Below, piece by piece: positions 17,742-25,526 of a DNA stretch of 64,000 bases; within the stretch, counting starts at the first letter, position 1; each line of letters opens with the position of its first letter. The position numbers and the translations under genes were made by a program. The DNA is from Candidatus Sulfotelmatobacter sp. (GTDB taxonomy: Bacteria; Acidobacteriota; Terriglobia; Terriglobales; Acidobacteriaceae), in assembly GCA_036268025.1 (NCBI GenBank), contig DATAUY010000133.1, forward strand, positions 38,442-102,441, read 5' to 3'. A model generated the notes under the pieces. The model had not been told where the DNA came from and did no database searches. It saw only the letters and a program-made list of their open reading frames with translations.

Positions 17742-19360
17742 GTTTCACTTCGGTCTTTCGATGCAGGCTGAGGTGGAACAGGAAAAGGACAAGTCACAGT
17801 TGTTCCACCGCTGTTGGTTCTTTGCACGTCGAGCGAACCGCCGACCATGCGGGCCCTGTAGTTCATGAGATGCAGGCCCATTCCTTTGTCCGTCAGCGGA
17901 ACAGTGGCGATTCCAGCGCCATCGTCCTGGATCGTAAGAAGTCCCTGCTGTTCGTCCGCAGCCAAACGAATGACGATGTGGCGTGCGTGACCGTGCTTGA
18001 TAGCGTTGTTCACCGCTTCGCGTGCAATGTAATAAAGATGAGTGGCGACCGTGTCGTCGTGAATCAACACGGGAGTAAAACACTCAAAGCGGCAATTCAC
18101 CGCGAACAGATCTTCTACCTCACCGGCCCATCCCTGCAAGGCAGACATTAGTCCTTGTGTTTCGGATACGACTGGCAGCAGTCCACGAGCCAGTTCCCGG
18201 GTTCTATTTATGGCCTCATTGACCAGGTGCACAATCTTGGCTGCGTCAGCCGCTTCGGGCAGCGACCTCTCGGCCAATCTTTGCTCCTGGACCTTGCTCA
18301 TAAAAGCGATGCCGGTCAGATGCTGGCCCAAGCCATCGTGCAGGTCCTGGCCAATTCGCCGTTGCTCGTGTGCGCTGACCTCCAGGATCGCCTTCTCCAG
18401 ATGCTTCTTCTCCGTGACGTCAATGCCGGTGGCAATGATGTAATTCGGCCTGCCATTGTCGCCCGGTAATACAGTGCTCGACCATGAGATCAACCGGCGA
18501 CTGCCATCTCGAGTGACCATATACGTTTCGTCGTCAATCGAAAGCCGATTTGCGCAGAGTTCGTCAAACACAGATCGAAAGCGGTCCACTTCCTCCGGCG
18601 CAATAAAAATTTCCCAGATCTTCTGCCCGCCAACTTCCGCCAGCGAATATCCGCTGGTTTGCTCACACGCGCGATTGAGACGGACGATCCGGCCTGCCGA
18701 ATCGAGAACGACGACCAGCGCAGCGACCGTGTGCAGGATCGCTGAAACTACATTGCGCTCTTCCTGCAACGCTTCTTCAGTGCGCTTCAGATCGGTGATG
18801 TCAAAGCCTACACCATGAATAAACCAGGGCTCGCCGTTCTCCTGGCGCACCATTTTGGCTTCGCAGTGAAACCACAGGACCCGGCCATCCTTTGAAACTA
18901 CTCGATAGGCGGAGCGCAGCGGATTGCCTGTCAGAAACATATCGGCCGCTTCGGTGCTCCAGCGCTGCTTGTCATCGGGATGAATGTGCCTGTACCAGCG
19001 AACCGGGTCCTCCAGCCATTCCTCCTGGGAGAACCCGAGCGCAGCCTCAATTTGCGGGCTTACGTAGGCTTCTCCGATTCCGCGGTCGAGATATGCCATG
19101 AAAACTACCGCGGGAATCTGTTCGACTAGAGCTCGATATCTTGCTTCGAGGTTCGGGAGTTGAGAGTTGTCGGGCCATTCCGCTTCACCCTGTTTCGGCG
19201 GATAGACGATTCGGCGCGCGCTGTTTGTGCTGTAGTGATGAAGCATGCCGGCGAGGTCCTGGAGAATCGCCTCTGCCTGCGAAGGAGTGGGATTGGGACT
19301 CAGGGACCCTGGATCATCGTGAAGGGGAGTATTCGCTTTGGGCCAGAACGACGAAACCAT
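17738..19360 (-). CDS. Soluble double-PAS sensor histidine kinase (HisKA_3/NarX-type core)
   Basis: No TM segment. Two PAS-like blocks, an H-box EQRRIGQDLHDGLGQHLTG, an N-box REAVNNAIKHGHA and G-boxes IQDDGAGI / GMGLHLMNYRA. Confidence 0.9.
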   Translation of the reverse strand: MVSSFWPKANTPLHDDPGSLSPNPTPSQAEAILQDLAGMLHHYSTNSARRIVYPPKQGEAEWPDNSQLPNLEARYRALVEQIPAVVFMAYLDRGIGEAYVSPQIEAALGFSQEEWLEDPVRWYRHIHPDDKQRWSTEAADMFLTGNPLRSAYRVVSKDGRVLWFHCEAKMVRQENGEPWFIHGVGFDITDLKRTEEALQEERNVVSAILHTVAALVVVLDSAGRIVRLNRACEQTSGYSLAEVGGQKIWEIFIAPEEVDRFRSVFDELCANRLSIDDETYMVTRDGSRRLISWSSTVLPGDNGRPNYIIATGIDVTEKKHLEKAILEVSAHEQRRIGQDLHDGLGQHLTGIAFMSKVQEQRLAERSLPEAADAAKIVHLVNEAINRTRELARGLLPVVSETQGLMSALQGWAGEVEDLFAVNCRFECFTPVLIHDDTVATHLYYIAREAVNNAIKHGHARHIVIRLAADEQQGLLTIQDDGAGIATVPLTDKGMGLHLMNYRARMVGGSLDVQRTNSGGTTVTCPFPVPPQPASKDRSET

Positions 19361-19394
19361 CTTTACTCCTGCAACGAACTGCCCAACGACAATT

Positions 19395-20432
19395 TCACAG
19401 GGCTGTGCTTGGATGCTGATTTGGCCGGGCCGGCTTCCGCCACCCCGGCTCTTTGTTCAGTGAGGCTTGAGTAAACCGGCGCAATGCATGAATGGCGCGG
19501 CCATACGTTTGAACGGCAGCGGAAGACAGCAGCGAGCCTGGAGGTTGATTCATAAAGGGCATGAACTTGTCAGGAAAGCCTGGCATGGTGCATCCAATGC
19601 AAATTCCGCCGACGTTGGGGCAACCGCCAATCCCGCCCATCCAGCCACGCTTTCCAACATTGCATTGGACCACCGGCCCCCAACATCCTAGCTTCACAAT
19701 GCAAAGCGGAGATCCGTATTCTTCGGCAAACTGCGCTTGCTCGTAAAAGCCACCGCGATCACAGCCTTCATGCACGGTATTACCGAAAATCCAGGTCGGC
19801 CGCAAGGCGTCATCCAGCGGGATCATGGGCGCTCGGCCTGATGCCATATAGAACAGATACAAGAGCGTCTCCATGAGATTATCCGGCTGAACCGGACAGC
19901 CGGGCACACAGACGATCGGAATCTGCGCCTTTGATTTCCATTCCCATCCCAGGTAGTCGGGAAGTCCCATGCACCCGGTAGGATTGCCCTCCATGGCGTG
20001 AATACCGCCATAAGTGGCACAAGTGCCCGCGGCTAGTACTGCCCACGCTTTGGGAGCGAGGCGGTCAATCCACTCACACGTGGTGATCGGTTGCCCGGTC
20101 TCGCGATCAGTCCCGAACGATGCCCAATATCCTTCCGTCTTGTTGTGTTCGTTTGGAATGGAACCTTCGATCACAAGAATGAAACTCTTCGTCTCGCCTT
20201 CGGCTGCGTGATGAAAGGGCTCGAGGAAATTATCGCCATTGGCCATGGCGAGAAAGGGATTGTGCAGGGTAACTTTCGGGATCCAGGGGATCTGGCCAAG
20301 AAGAACGTCTTCAATGCTCGGCTGCGTTGCGGCTGTCATTGCGATGGAATCGCCGTCACAGCCGAGGCCAGCTGTGATCCACAGCACATCGAGCTCGTTG
20401 ACCACACTCTGGCTCATGGCTGCGAGCGCCAC
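19395..20432 (-). CDS. Second, orphan group 1h [NiFe] hydrogenase small-subunit paralog
   Basis: About 75 percent identical to HhyS over 320 ungapped residues (hand alignment). It retains GLGCDGDS and all other FeS Cys motifs, has distinct N- and C-terminal tails, and has no adjacent large-subunit gene. Confidence 0.9.
   Translation of the reverse strand: MALAAMSQSVVNELDVLWITAGLGCDGDSIAMTAATQPSIEDVLLGQIPWIPKVTLHNPFLAMANGDNFLEPFHHAAEGETKSFILVIEGSIPNEHNKTEGYWASFGTDRETGQPITTCEWIDRLAPKAWAVLAAGTCATYGGIHAMEGNPTGCMGLPDYLGWEWKSKAQIPIVCVPGCPVQPDNLMETLLYLFYMASGRAPMIPLDDALRPTWIFGNTVHEGCDRGGFYEQAQFAEEYGSPLCIVKLGCWGPVVQCNVGKRGWMGGIGGCPNVGGICIGCTMPGFPDKFMPFMNQPPGSLLSSAAVQTYGRAIHALRRFTQASLNKEPGWRKPARPNQHPSTAL
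19437..20396 (-). repeat. Paralogous copy B of the 960-nt hhyS core (partner 15735-16694)
   Basis: See copy A. Same orientation, about 3.7 kb apart, bracketing the two-component genes. Confidence 0.85.
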
Positions 20433-20620
20433 CTGGCACCCGGTTCAACAATGATAGGCCTTCAATCCTGGAAGCAAAAGCCCAAAGTCTAAACATTGAG
20501 TAGTACGTTTCCAGTATTGCTCGGCCCCACAATCGCCCGTATCTTCCTCTGCAACCTTGTAGTCCCAAGTTGTCGAGTAGCGCGGTCTTAAGTCTTTCGC
20601 AAACACATCAGGAACTTGAG

Positions 20621-22138
20621 ATGAAACTGGCGTTGGCGGCGCAGTTGTGTGTGACCATTCTTCTTTCTTCATTTCTTTTCGGACAGCAAAATGCTCCGGC
20701 GCAGCTGGCGGCTTCGGCTTCCCCGCAAGCGAGGGGGAAAAAAGATGGCCCTCCAATGAAGCACAAGATTGGCCCCCTGGGAATCTCCGTCAATTGGCGC
20801 ACGCGGGCGGAAGGATGGAACTGGTTCGAAGCGCCTACAGGAAACAGCGATTACGGGTTTTGGAATTCTCTGCTCCGCGTTGGAATCGGACAAACTGGTG
20901 AAAAAGTCGAGTGGTTCCTCGAGGGCGAACAGCCCTTAATTCTCGGATTGCCCGGCGATGCCGTCATTGGCGCGCCTCAAGGACAGCTCGGCTTGGGTGG
21001 AAGCTACTACGCCGCAAACCACAACCACACCAATGTCGCCAACGGATTCGTCAAGCAGGCGTTCGTGAACTTCAAGCAGCTTGGTCCGGCGGCGTTGAAA
21101 ATCGGACGCTTCGAATACTTCGATGGCCTGGAAGTGAAGCCGAAAGATTCCCTGTTGGCGACCGTAATACAAACGAGAATCTCCAGCCGCCTGATTTCGA
21201 ATTTCGCATTCACTGCCGTGCAGAGAAGCTTCGATGGCGTTAAATTCTCAGCGAATGCTGGCTCCAACAATTTCACCTTCTTCGGCGGCCGTCCAACACA
21301 GGGCGTGTTTCAGGTCAAAGGCATGGATGAACTCGATGTTGACACCTACTACGGCGCTTATACACATTCAGTATCGGCAGGCGAGAGTTCAGGTCAATTC
21401 CGACTGTTCGCGATTGGTTATATTGACCACCGCACGAGAATCCTAAAAACTGACAACCGCCCCGCCCCAATCCGAGCGGCAGACTTCGGCAAAATTGAAA
21501 TTGCCACCTGGGGAGCGGACTATGTTCACGTCATTAACACGGCCGGCGCAGGAAAATTCGACGTGCTGGCATGGGGTGCGATCCAAACCGGATCGTGGGG
21601 CAGCCAATCGCAACACGCCGGCTCATTCGTTGGCGAAGCCGGATGGCAGCCGCCAGTCAAGATTCTCAAGCCGTGGGCCAGCGTCGGCTATTCCTGGGGC
21701 AGCGGCGACAATAATCCCAATGACTCTCGTCACGGTACGTTTTTTCAGGATCTACCCACGCCCCGCCAGTATGCGCGTTTCCCTTTCTACAACATGATGA
21801 ACAACGAGGACTGGTACGGCACGTTGAACCTTAAACCAGTATCAAAGCTGGCACTTCGCAGCGAAGCTCATGCTTTGCGCCTGGCCAGCGCCTCGGATCT
21901 CTGGTACAGCGGCGGCGGGGCGTTTCAGCCATCGACGTTCGGCTATACCGGGCGTCCCAGCAACGGCAATCGGGGCCTAGCGAACGTCTGGGACGCGAGC
22001 GCCGACTATCAGTTCACGCCAATGTTTGGCACGACACTTTATTACGGCCATGCCTGGGGAAAGGGCGTGATTTCACCAATTTACCCCAAGGACAAGAATG
22101 GCCAATTGGTTTTCCTCGAGACGAACCTTCACTTTTGA
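20621..22138 (+). CDS. Outer-membrane beta-barrel porin (alginate-export/AlgE-like family suspected)
   Basis: Signal peptide MKLALAAQLCVTILLSSFLFGQQ, an AGGA 8 nt before ATG 20621, alternating amphipathic strands rich in Gly/Tyr/Trp, and a C-terminal ...LETNLHF. The family assignment is tentative. Confidence 0.55.
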   Translation: MKLALAAQLCVTILLSSFLFGQQNAPAQLAASASPQARGKKDGPPMKHKIGPLGISVNWRTRAEGWNWFEAPTGNSDYGFWNSLLRVGIGQTGEKVEWFLEGEQPLILGLPGDAVIGAPQGQLGLGGSYYAANHNHTNVANGFVKQAFVNFKQLGPAALKIGRFEYFDGLEVKPKDSLLATVIQTRISSRLISNFAFTAVQRSFDGVKFSANAGSNNFTFFGGRPTQGVFQVKGMDELDVDTYYGAYTHSVSAGESSGQFRLFAIGYIDHRTRILKTDNRPAPIRAADFGKIEIATWGADYVHVINTAGAGKFDVLAWGAIQTGSWGSQSQHAGSFVGEAGWQPPVKILKPWASVGYSWGSGDNNPNDSRHGTFFQDLPTPRQYARFPFYNMMNNEDWYGTLNLKPVSKLALRSEAHALRLASASDLWYSGGGAFQPSTFGYTGRPSNGNRGLANVWDASADYQFTPMFGTTLYYGHAWGKGVISPIYPKDKNGQLVFLETNLHF

Positions 22139-22257
22139 ACGCGGTTCGGGGTTCCGCTACGGCAACAGGTAATATGATTTGACTATTGAACTAAGATACT
22201 CAAAATGGGATTGTTATCAACGCTTCAGGGCGGGTCTCGGGTTCAGGGAGAAAACTG

Positions 22258-22857
22258 ATGGCAGTCTCAAGTCCAGCGGTTCCCCATATTCACGCTGCTC
22301 CCAGTCCAAATGCCGGCTTCTTCGAGAAGCTGAATACTGTTTGGCATGAGCGGGCGCTCCAAGGATTCATGGTCATTGTCTTGGCGCATTGGGGAGAGCA
22401 CCTGGTCCAGGCGTATCAGATTTACGTAATGGGGTGGCCGCGGCCCAAGGCAAATGGAATTCTGGGGTTGTGGTACCCATGGCTCATTAAATCCGAAGCG
22501 CTTCATTATGGTTATGCGGTAGTGATGCTGATAGGCATCTGGGTGCTCCGCAAGGGATTCACGGGAAAGTCGCACACCTGGTGGATGGTGGCATTCTGGA
22601 TCCAGTTTTGGCACCACATCGAGCACTTTTTGCTGATCTTTCAGGCCACAACGCACCACAATTTCTGGGGCAAGCCTGTTCCGTTCAGTGTTCTGCAACT
22701 GGTTTTACCCCGCGCGGAACTTCATCTGTTTTATAACGCGGTCGTCTTCGTCCCGATGGTAATCGCCATGTACTATCACATCTTTCCGCCAGTGGGAGAA
22801 AAGCCGGCCGTCTGTACCTGCGCCTGGCACCGCGAGGAATTGCCCAGCGCTGCCTGA
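22258..22857 (+). CDS. His-rich four-helix integral membrane protein, unknown function
   Basis: Four predicted TM helices carrying HWGEH, WHHIEH and THHNFW histidine clusters. No family recognised. Confidence 0.6.
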   Translation: MAVSSPAVPHIHAAPSPNAGFFEKLNTVWHERALQGFMVIVLAHWGEHLVQAYQIYVMGWPRPKANGILGLWYPWLIKSEALHYGYAVVMLIGIWVLRKGFTGKSHTWWMVAFWIQFWHHIEHFLLIFQATTHHNFWGKPVPFSVLQLVLPRAELHLFYNAVVFVPMVIAMYYHIFPPVGEKPAVCTCAWHREELPSAA

Positions 22858-22861
22858 TCTT

Positions 22862-23314
22862 GTGACCGGGAACGTAACGATTAGAAGGCCGGACCCTGCG
22901 AGGGGCGGGCAAGGAGCCCGCCTCTTTTCACGCCAGCAGTGCCTGGTTGTTATATCCGCTGCGTTGCTATTTCTCGTGGCGTGTCAGCGAAAAGATGCGC
23001 TGTCGCAGCAACTTGCCGTTGATTGCAAATTTACGCCACAACCCCCTCATGTGGGACCAACGACAGTGACTTTTGCAATTGCCGACGGTGCGAAGCGCCC
23101 CATCGTGGGAGCGCACGTGACTACCGAGGCAGATATGTCGCATCCGGGCATGAGTCCGGTATTCGCGGACGCCAAGGAAATCGCGCCCGGCCGCTATCAA
23201 TCGACGATACTTCTGAGGATGGCGGGCGATTGGGTGGTATTGCTTCACGGTTCGCTCCCCAACGGAGACAAATTCGAGCGGCAATTCGATCTCAGGGGCG
23301 TTCGCGCCAACTAG
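22862..23314 (+). CDS. FixH/YtkA-like periplasmic lipoprotein
   Basis: Lipobox-like LFLVAC. VTFAIADGAKRPIVGAHVTTEADMSHPGMSPV...APGRYQSTILLRMAGDWVVLLHG matches the YtkA-like/FixH beta-sandwich pattern. GTG start. Confidence 0.7.
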   Translation: MTGNVTIRRPDPARGGQGARLFSRQQCLVVISAALLFLVACQRKDALSQQLAVDCKFTPQPPHVGPTTVTFAIADGAKRPIVGAHVTTEADMSHPGMSPVFADAKEIAPGRYQSTILLRMAGDWVVLLHGSLPNGDKFERQFDLRGVRAN

Positions 23315-23321
23315 GCTTGCA

Positions 23322-24785
23322 TTGAATTCGACCTCCATTCCGGCCTCGGAAGACCTCGACGCGCCGAGTCTTGACTTGCTGCGTATGCCGGTCCTCGGCA
23401 GCTTGTTTCGCTGGCGCTACGTACGCCCGGTTCTGCAAGTGCCGCTGCTGATCGTTAGCGTGCTCATGATTCTTCATGGGCTGCTCGGGCCGTCGCTTGC
23501 TCCGAAGAATCTTGCCACTACGCTAAGCTGGCTGCACTTTCGCGGCGTCCTGGTGCTTGTTCTTCTTTGCGCCGGAAATTTTTTCTGCCTTGCGTGTCCC
23601 TTCATCCTCGTCAGAAATGCGGCCCGGCGCTTTTTCAAGCCGAGATGGAACTGGCCACGGCACCTGCGTAACAAATGGATCTCTGTCGCGCTGTTCGTCT
23701 TGATTCTCTTCACCTACGAACTCTTCGATCTATGGTCATCGCCCTGGTGGACCGCATGCTTAATCGTCGGCTACTTCCTTAGCGTGCTGATCGTGGATGG
23801 ACTCTTCAAACACGCTTCGTTCTGCAAGTTCGTTTGCCCGATCGGTCAATTCAACTTTGTCGCTTCCACGCTATCGCCGTTCGAAGTGAAGGTGCGCGAA
23901 CAGGCGGTTTGCACGTCCTGCCATACGAAAGACTGCATTCGCGGCCGGCGCGAGTCTTCATCTGACCTGGTGACGATCCGCGGCTGCGAACTGGCGCTCT
24001 TCCAGCCGAGCAAAGTCGGCAATATGGACTGCACCTTCTGCCTCGACTGCGTGCATGCCTGCCCGCATGACAACATCGGCATCTTGAGCCGCTTGCCGGG
24101 CAGTGAATTGCTGACTAATCCGCTGCGATCGGGAGTTGGATATTTCTCCAAGCGCAAAGACCTCGCCGCACTGGTCATCGTGTTCTGCTTCGGCGCGCTG
24201 CTGAATGCCTTCGGCATGGTGAGCCCGGTATACGCGGTGGAGAATTGGCTGGGGAAAATTCTGCATGTCAGCCATGAAGCGCCGGTGCTTGGTTTGATCT
24301 TCGCTGCCTTCCTTGTGCTGGAACCGCTATTGCTCTTGGGTGCTGCCGTCTGGCTGACCCGCGCCTGGGCAGGCGTTCGGCAATCGGCGCTTCCCTTGGC
24401 TGTCCGCTATACGTATGGCTTGGTGCCTCTGGGCTTCGGCATGTGGCTGGCCCACTATGGTTTTCATTTCTTAACGGGGATCCTGACTATCGTTCCGGTC
24501 ACCCAGAGCGCCGTCGCGAATCTTGGGCGGGCGTTTCTCGGAGAGCCACGATGGCTCCTGACCGGGATTCCGGCGAATATCGTTCAAGTCATTGAGATTG
24601 GGTTTCTATTGCTTGGACTGGCCGGGTCTCTGACGGTGACCCACGGCTTGGCAGAAGAAGACTCGCCTGATCATCCCATGCGGGCGTTTATTCCTTGGGC
24701 GATGGTTTGTACGATTCTGTGGATAGCCTCGATGTGGCTCATCTTCCAGCCGATGGAAATGCGCGCCACTCTGATGAACGGGTAG
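23322..24785 (+). CDS. Membrane polyferredoxin (FixG/NapH-like 4Fe-4S protein with an extra C-terminal multi-TM domain)
   Basis: FFCLACPF and FCKFVCPIGQF (CxxCP-type motifs at TM ends), CTSCHTKDC and CTFCLDCVHACPHDNI (canonical 4Fe-4S), followed by about five more TM helices. TTG start at 23322; ATG 23385 is an alternative. Confidence 0.75.
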   Translation: MNSTSIPASEDLDAPSLDLLRMPVLGSLFRWRYVRPVLQVPLLIVSVLMILHGLLGPSLAPKNLATTLSWLHFRGVLVLVLLCAGNFFCLACPFILVRNAARRFFKPRWNWPRHLRNKWISVALFVLILFTYELFDLWSSPWWTACLIVGYFLSVLIVDGLFKHASFCKFVCPIGQFNFVASTLSPFEVKVREQAVCTSCHTKDCIRGRRESSSDLVTIRGCELALFQPSKVGNMDCTFCLDCVHACPHDNIGILSRLPGSELLTNPLRSGVGYFSKRKDLAALVIVFCFGALLNAFGMVSPVYAVENWLGKILHVSHEAPVLGLIFAAFLVLEPLLLLGAAVWLTRAWAGVRQSALPLAVRYTYGLVPLGFGMWLAHYGFHFLTGILTIVPVTQSAVANLGRAFLGEPRWLLTGIPANIVQVIEIGFLLLGLAGSLTVTHGLAEEDSPDHPMRAFIPWAMVCTILWIASMWLIFQPMEMRATLMNG

Positions 24786-24787
24786 AT

Positions 24788-25375
24788 ATGCAGAGCACAA
24801 CCTCACGGGTTGATTCCAGAGGCAAGGGAGCGTTGGTCGCGTGCACGGTGTTCGTAGTCTTGCTAATGTCTCCCTTTCCCGCCGGTGCGCACAAAGGACC
24901 ACCGTTTCCGATTATCGAGAACCGTCGGGTCGGTCCTTACGTTGTTGCTCTATGGACCCATCCCGATGTGGGCACGGGAACATTCTTTGTTCTGGTCGAT
25001 CCAGTTCCCGGCGGCAAAGTACCGGACGATCTTAAGATTTCGATTGGAGTACAACCCGAGAGCGGCCGGCTTACGGAAGTCATTTACGGCGCGCAACGTG
25101 ACAGCACGCGAGGGCAGGTAGAATACGACGCTGCGGCTCAGTTTGATCGCGACGAATTTTGGCGGGTACGGCTCATTCTGCAGAGTTCGGAGGGTGGCGG
25201 GGAGGCCTTGTCGAGAGTGGAGGCGACGCCTCCCGGATATGGGCGTTGGGACCTGCTGCTCTACATGTTGCCCTTCCTGGCAATCGCATTCTTGTGGTTT
25301 TTCGGCATGACGCGCCGGCGAAGGCAAAAGGCTAGGCTCCGGGCTGCGCGACTTGCCGATACAGCGGTGCATTAA
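24788..25375 (+). CDS. Exported, C-terminally anchored protein with predicted mature N-terminal His
   Basis: ATG 24788 follows the previous stop by 2 nt. Signal peptide ...LLMSPFPAGA then HKGPPFPI, a beta-rich domain, and a C-terminal TM helix plus RRRRQK stop-transfer. The ORF-track start at 24695 would overlap the previous gene. Confidence 0.6.
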   Translation: MQSTTSRVDSRGKGALVACTVFVVLLMSPFPAGAHKGPPFPIIENRRVGPYVVALWTHPDVGTGTFFVLVDPVPGGKVPDDLKISIGVQPESGRLTEVIYGAQRDSTRGQVEYDAAAQFDRDEFWRVRLILQSSEGGGEALSRVEATPPGYGRWDLLLYMLPFLAIAFLWFFGMTRRRRQKARLRAARLADTAVH

Positions 25376-25526
25376 GACGTTTGCGCGCGCAGCGAATCGT
25401 CTGCGTTCAGAAAGCTGAGTGTTAGAAAGAACGTCCGAACAGTTTCACGAGGGAGTGGTTCTTTCGCCGCTTGGATGACGGGGAGATTTGGCAGCAAGGC
25501 TCGACGTTCTTGAATTAAACGTTCAC

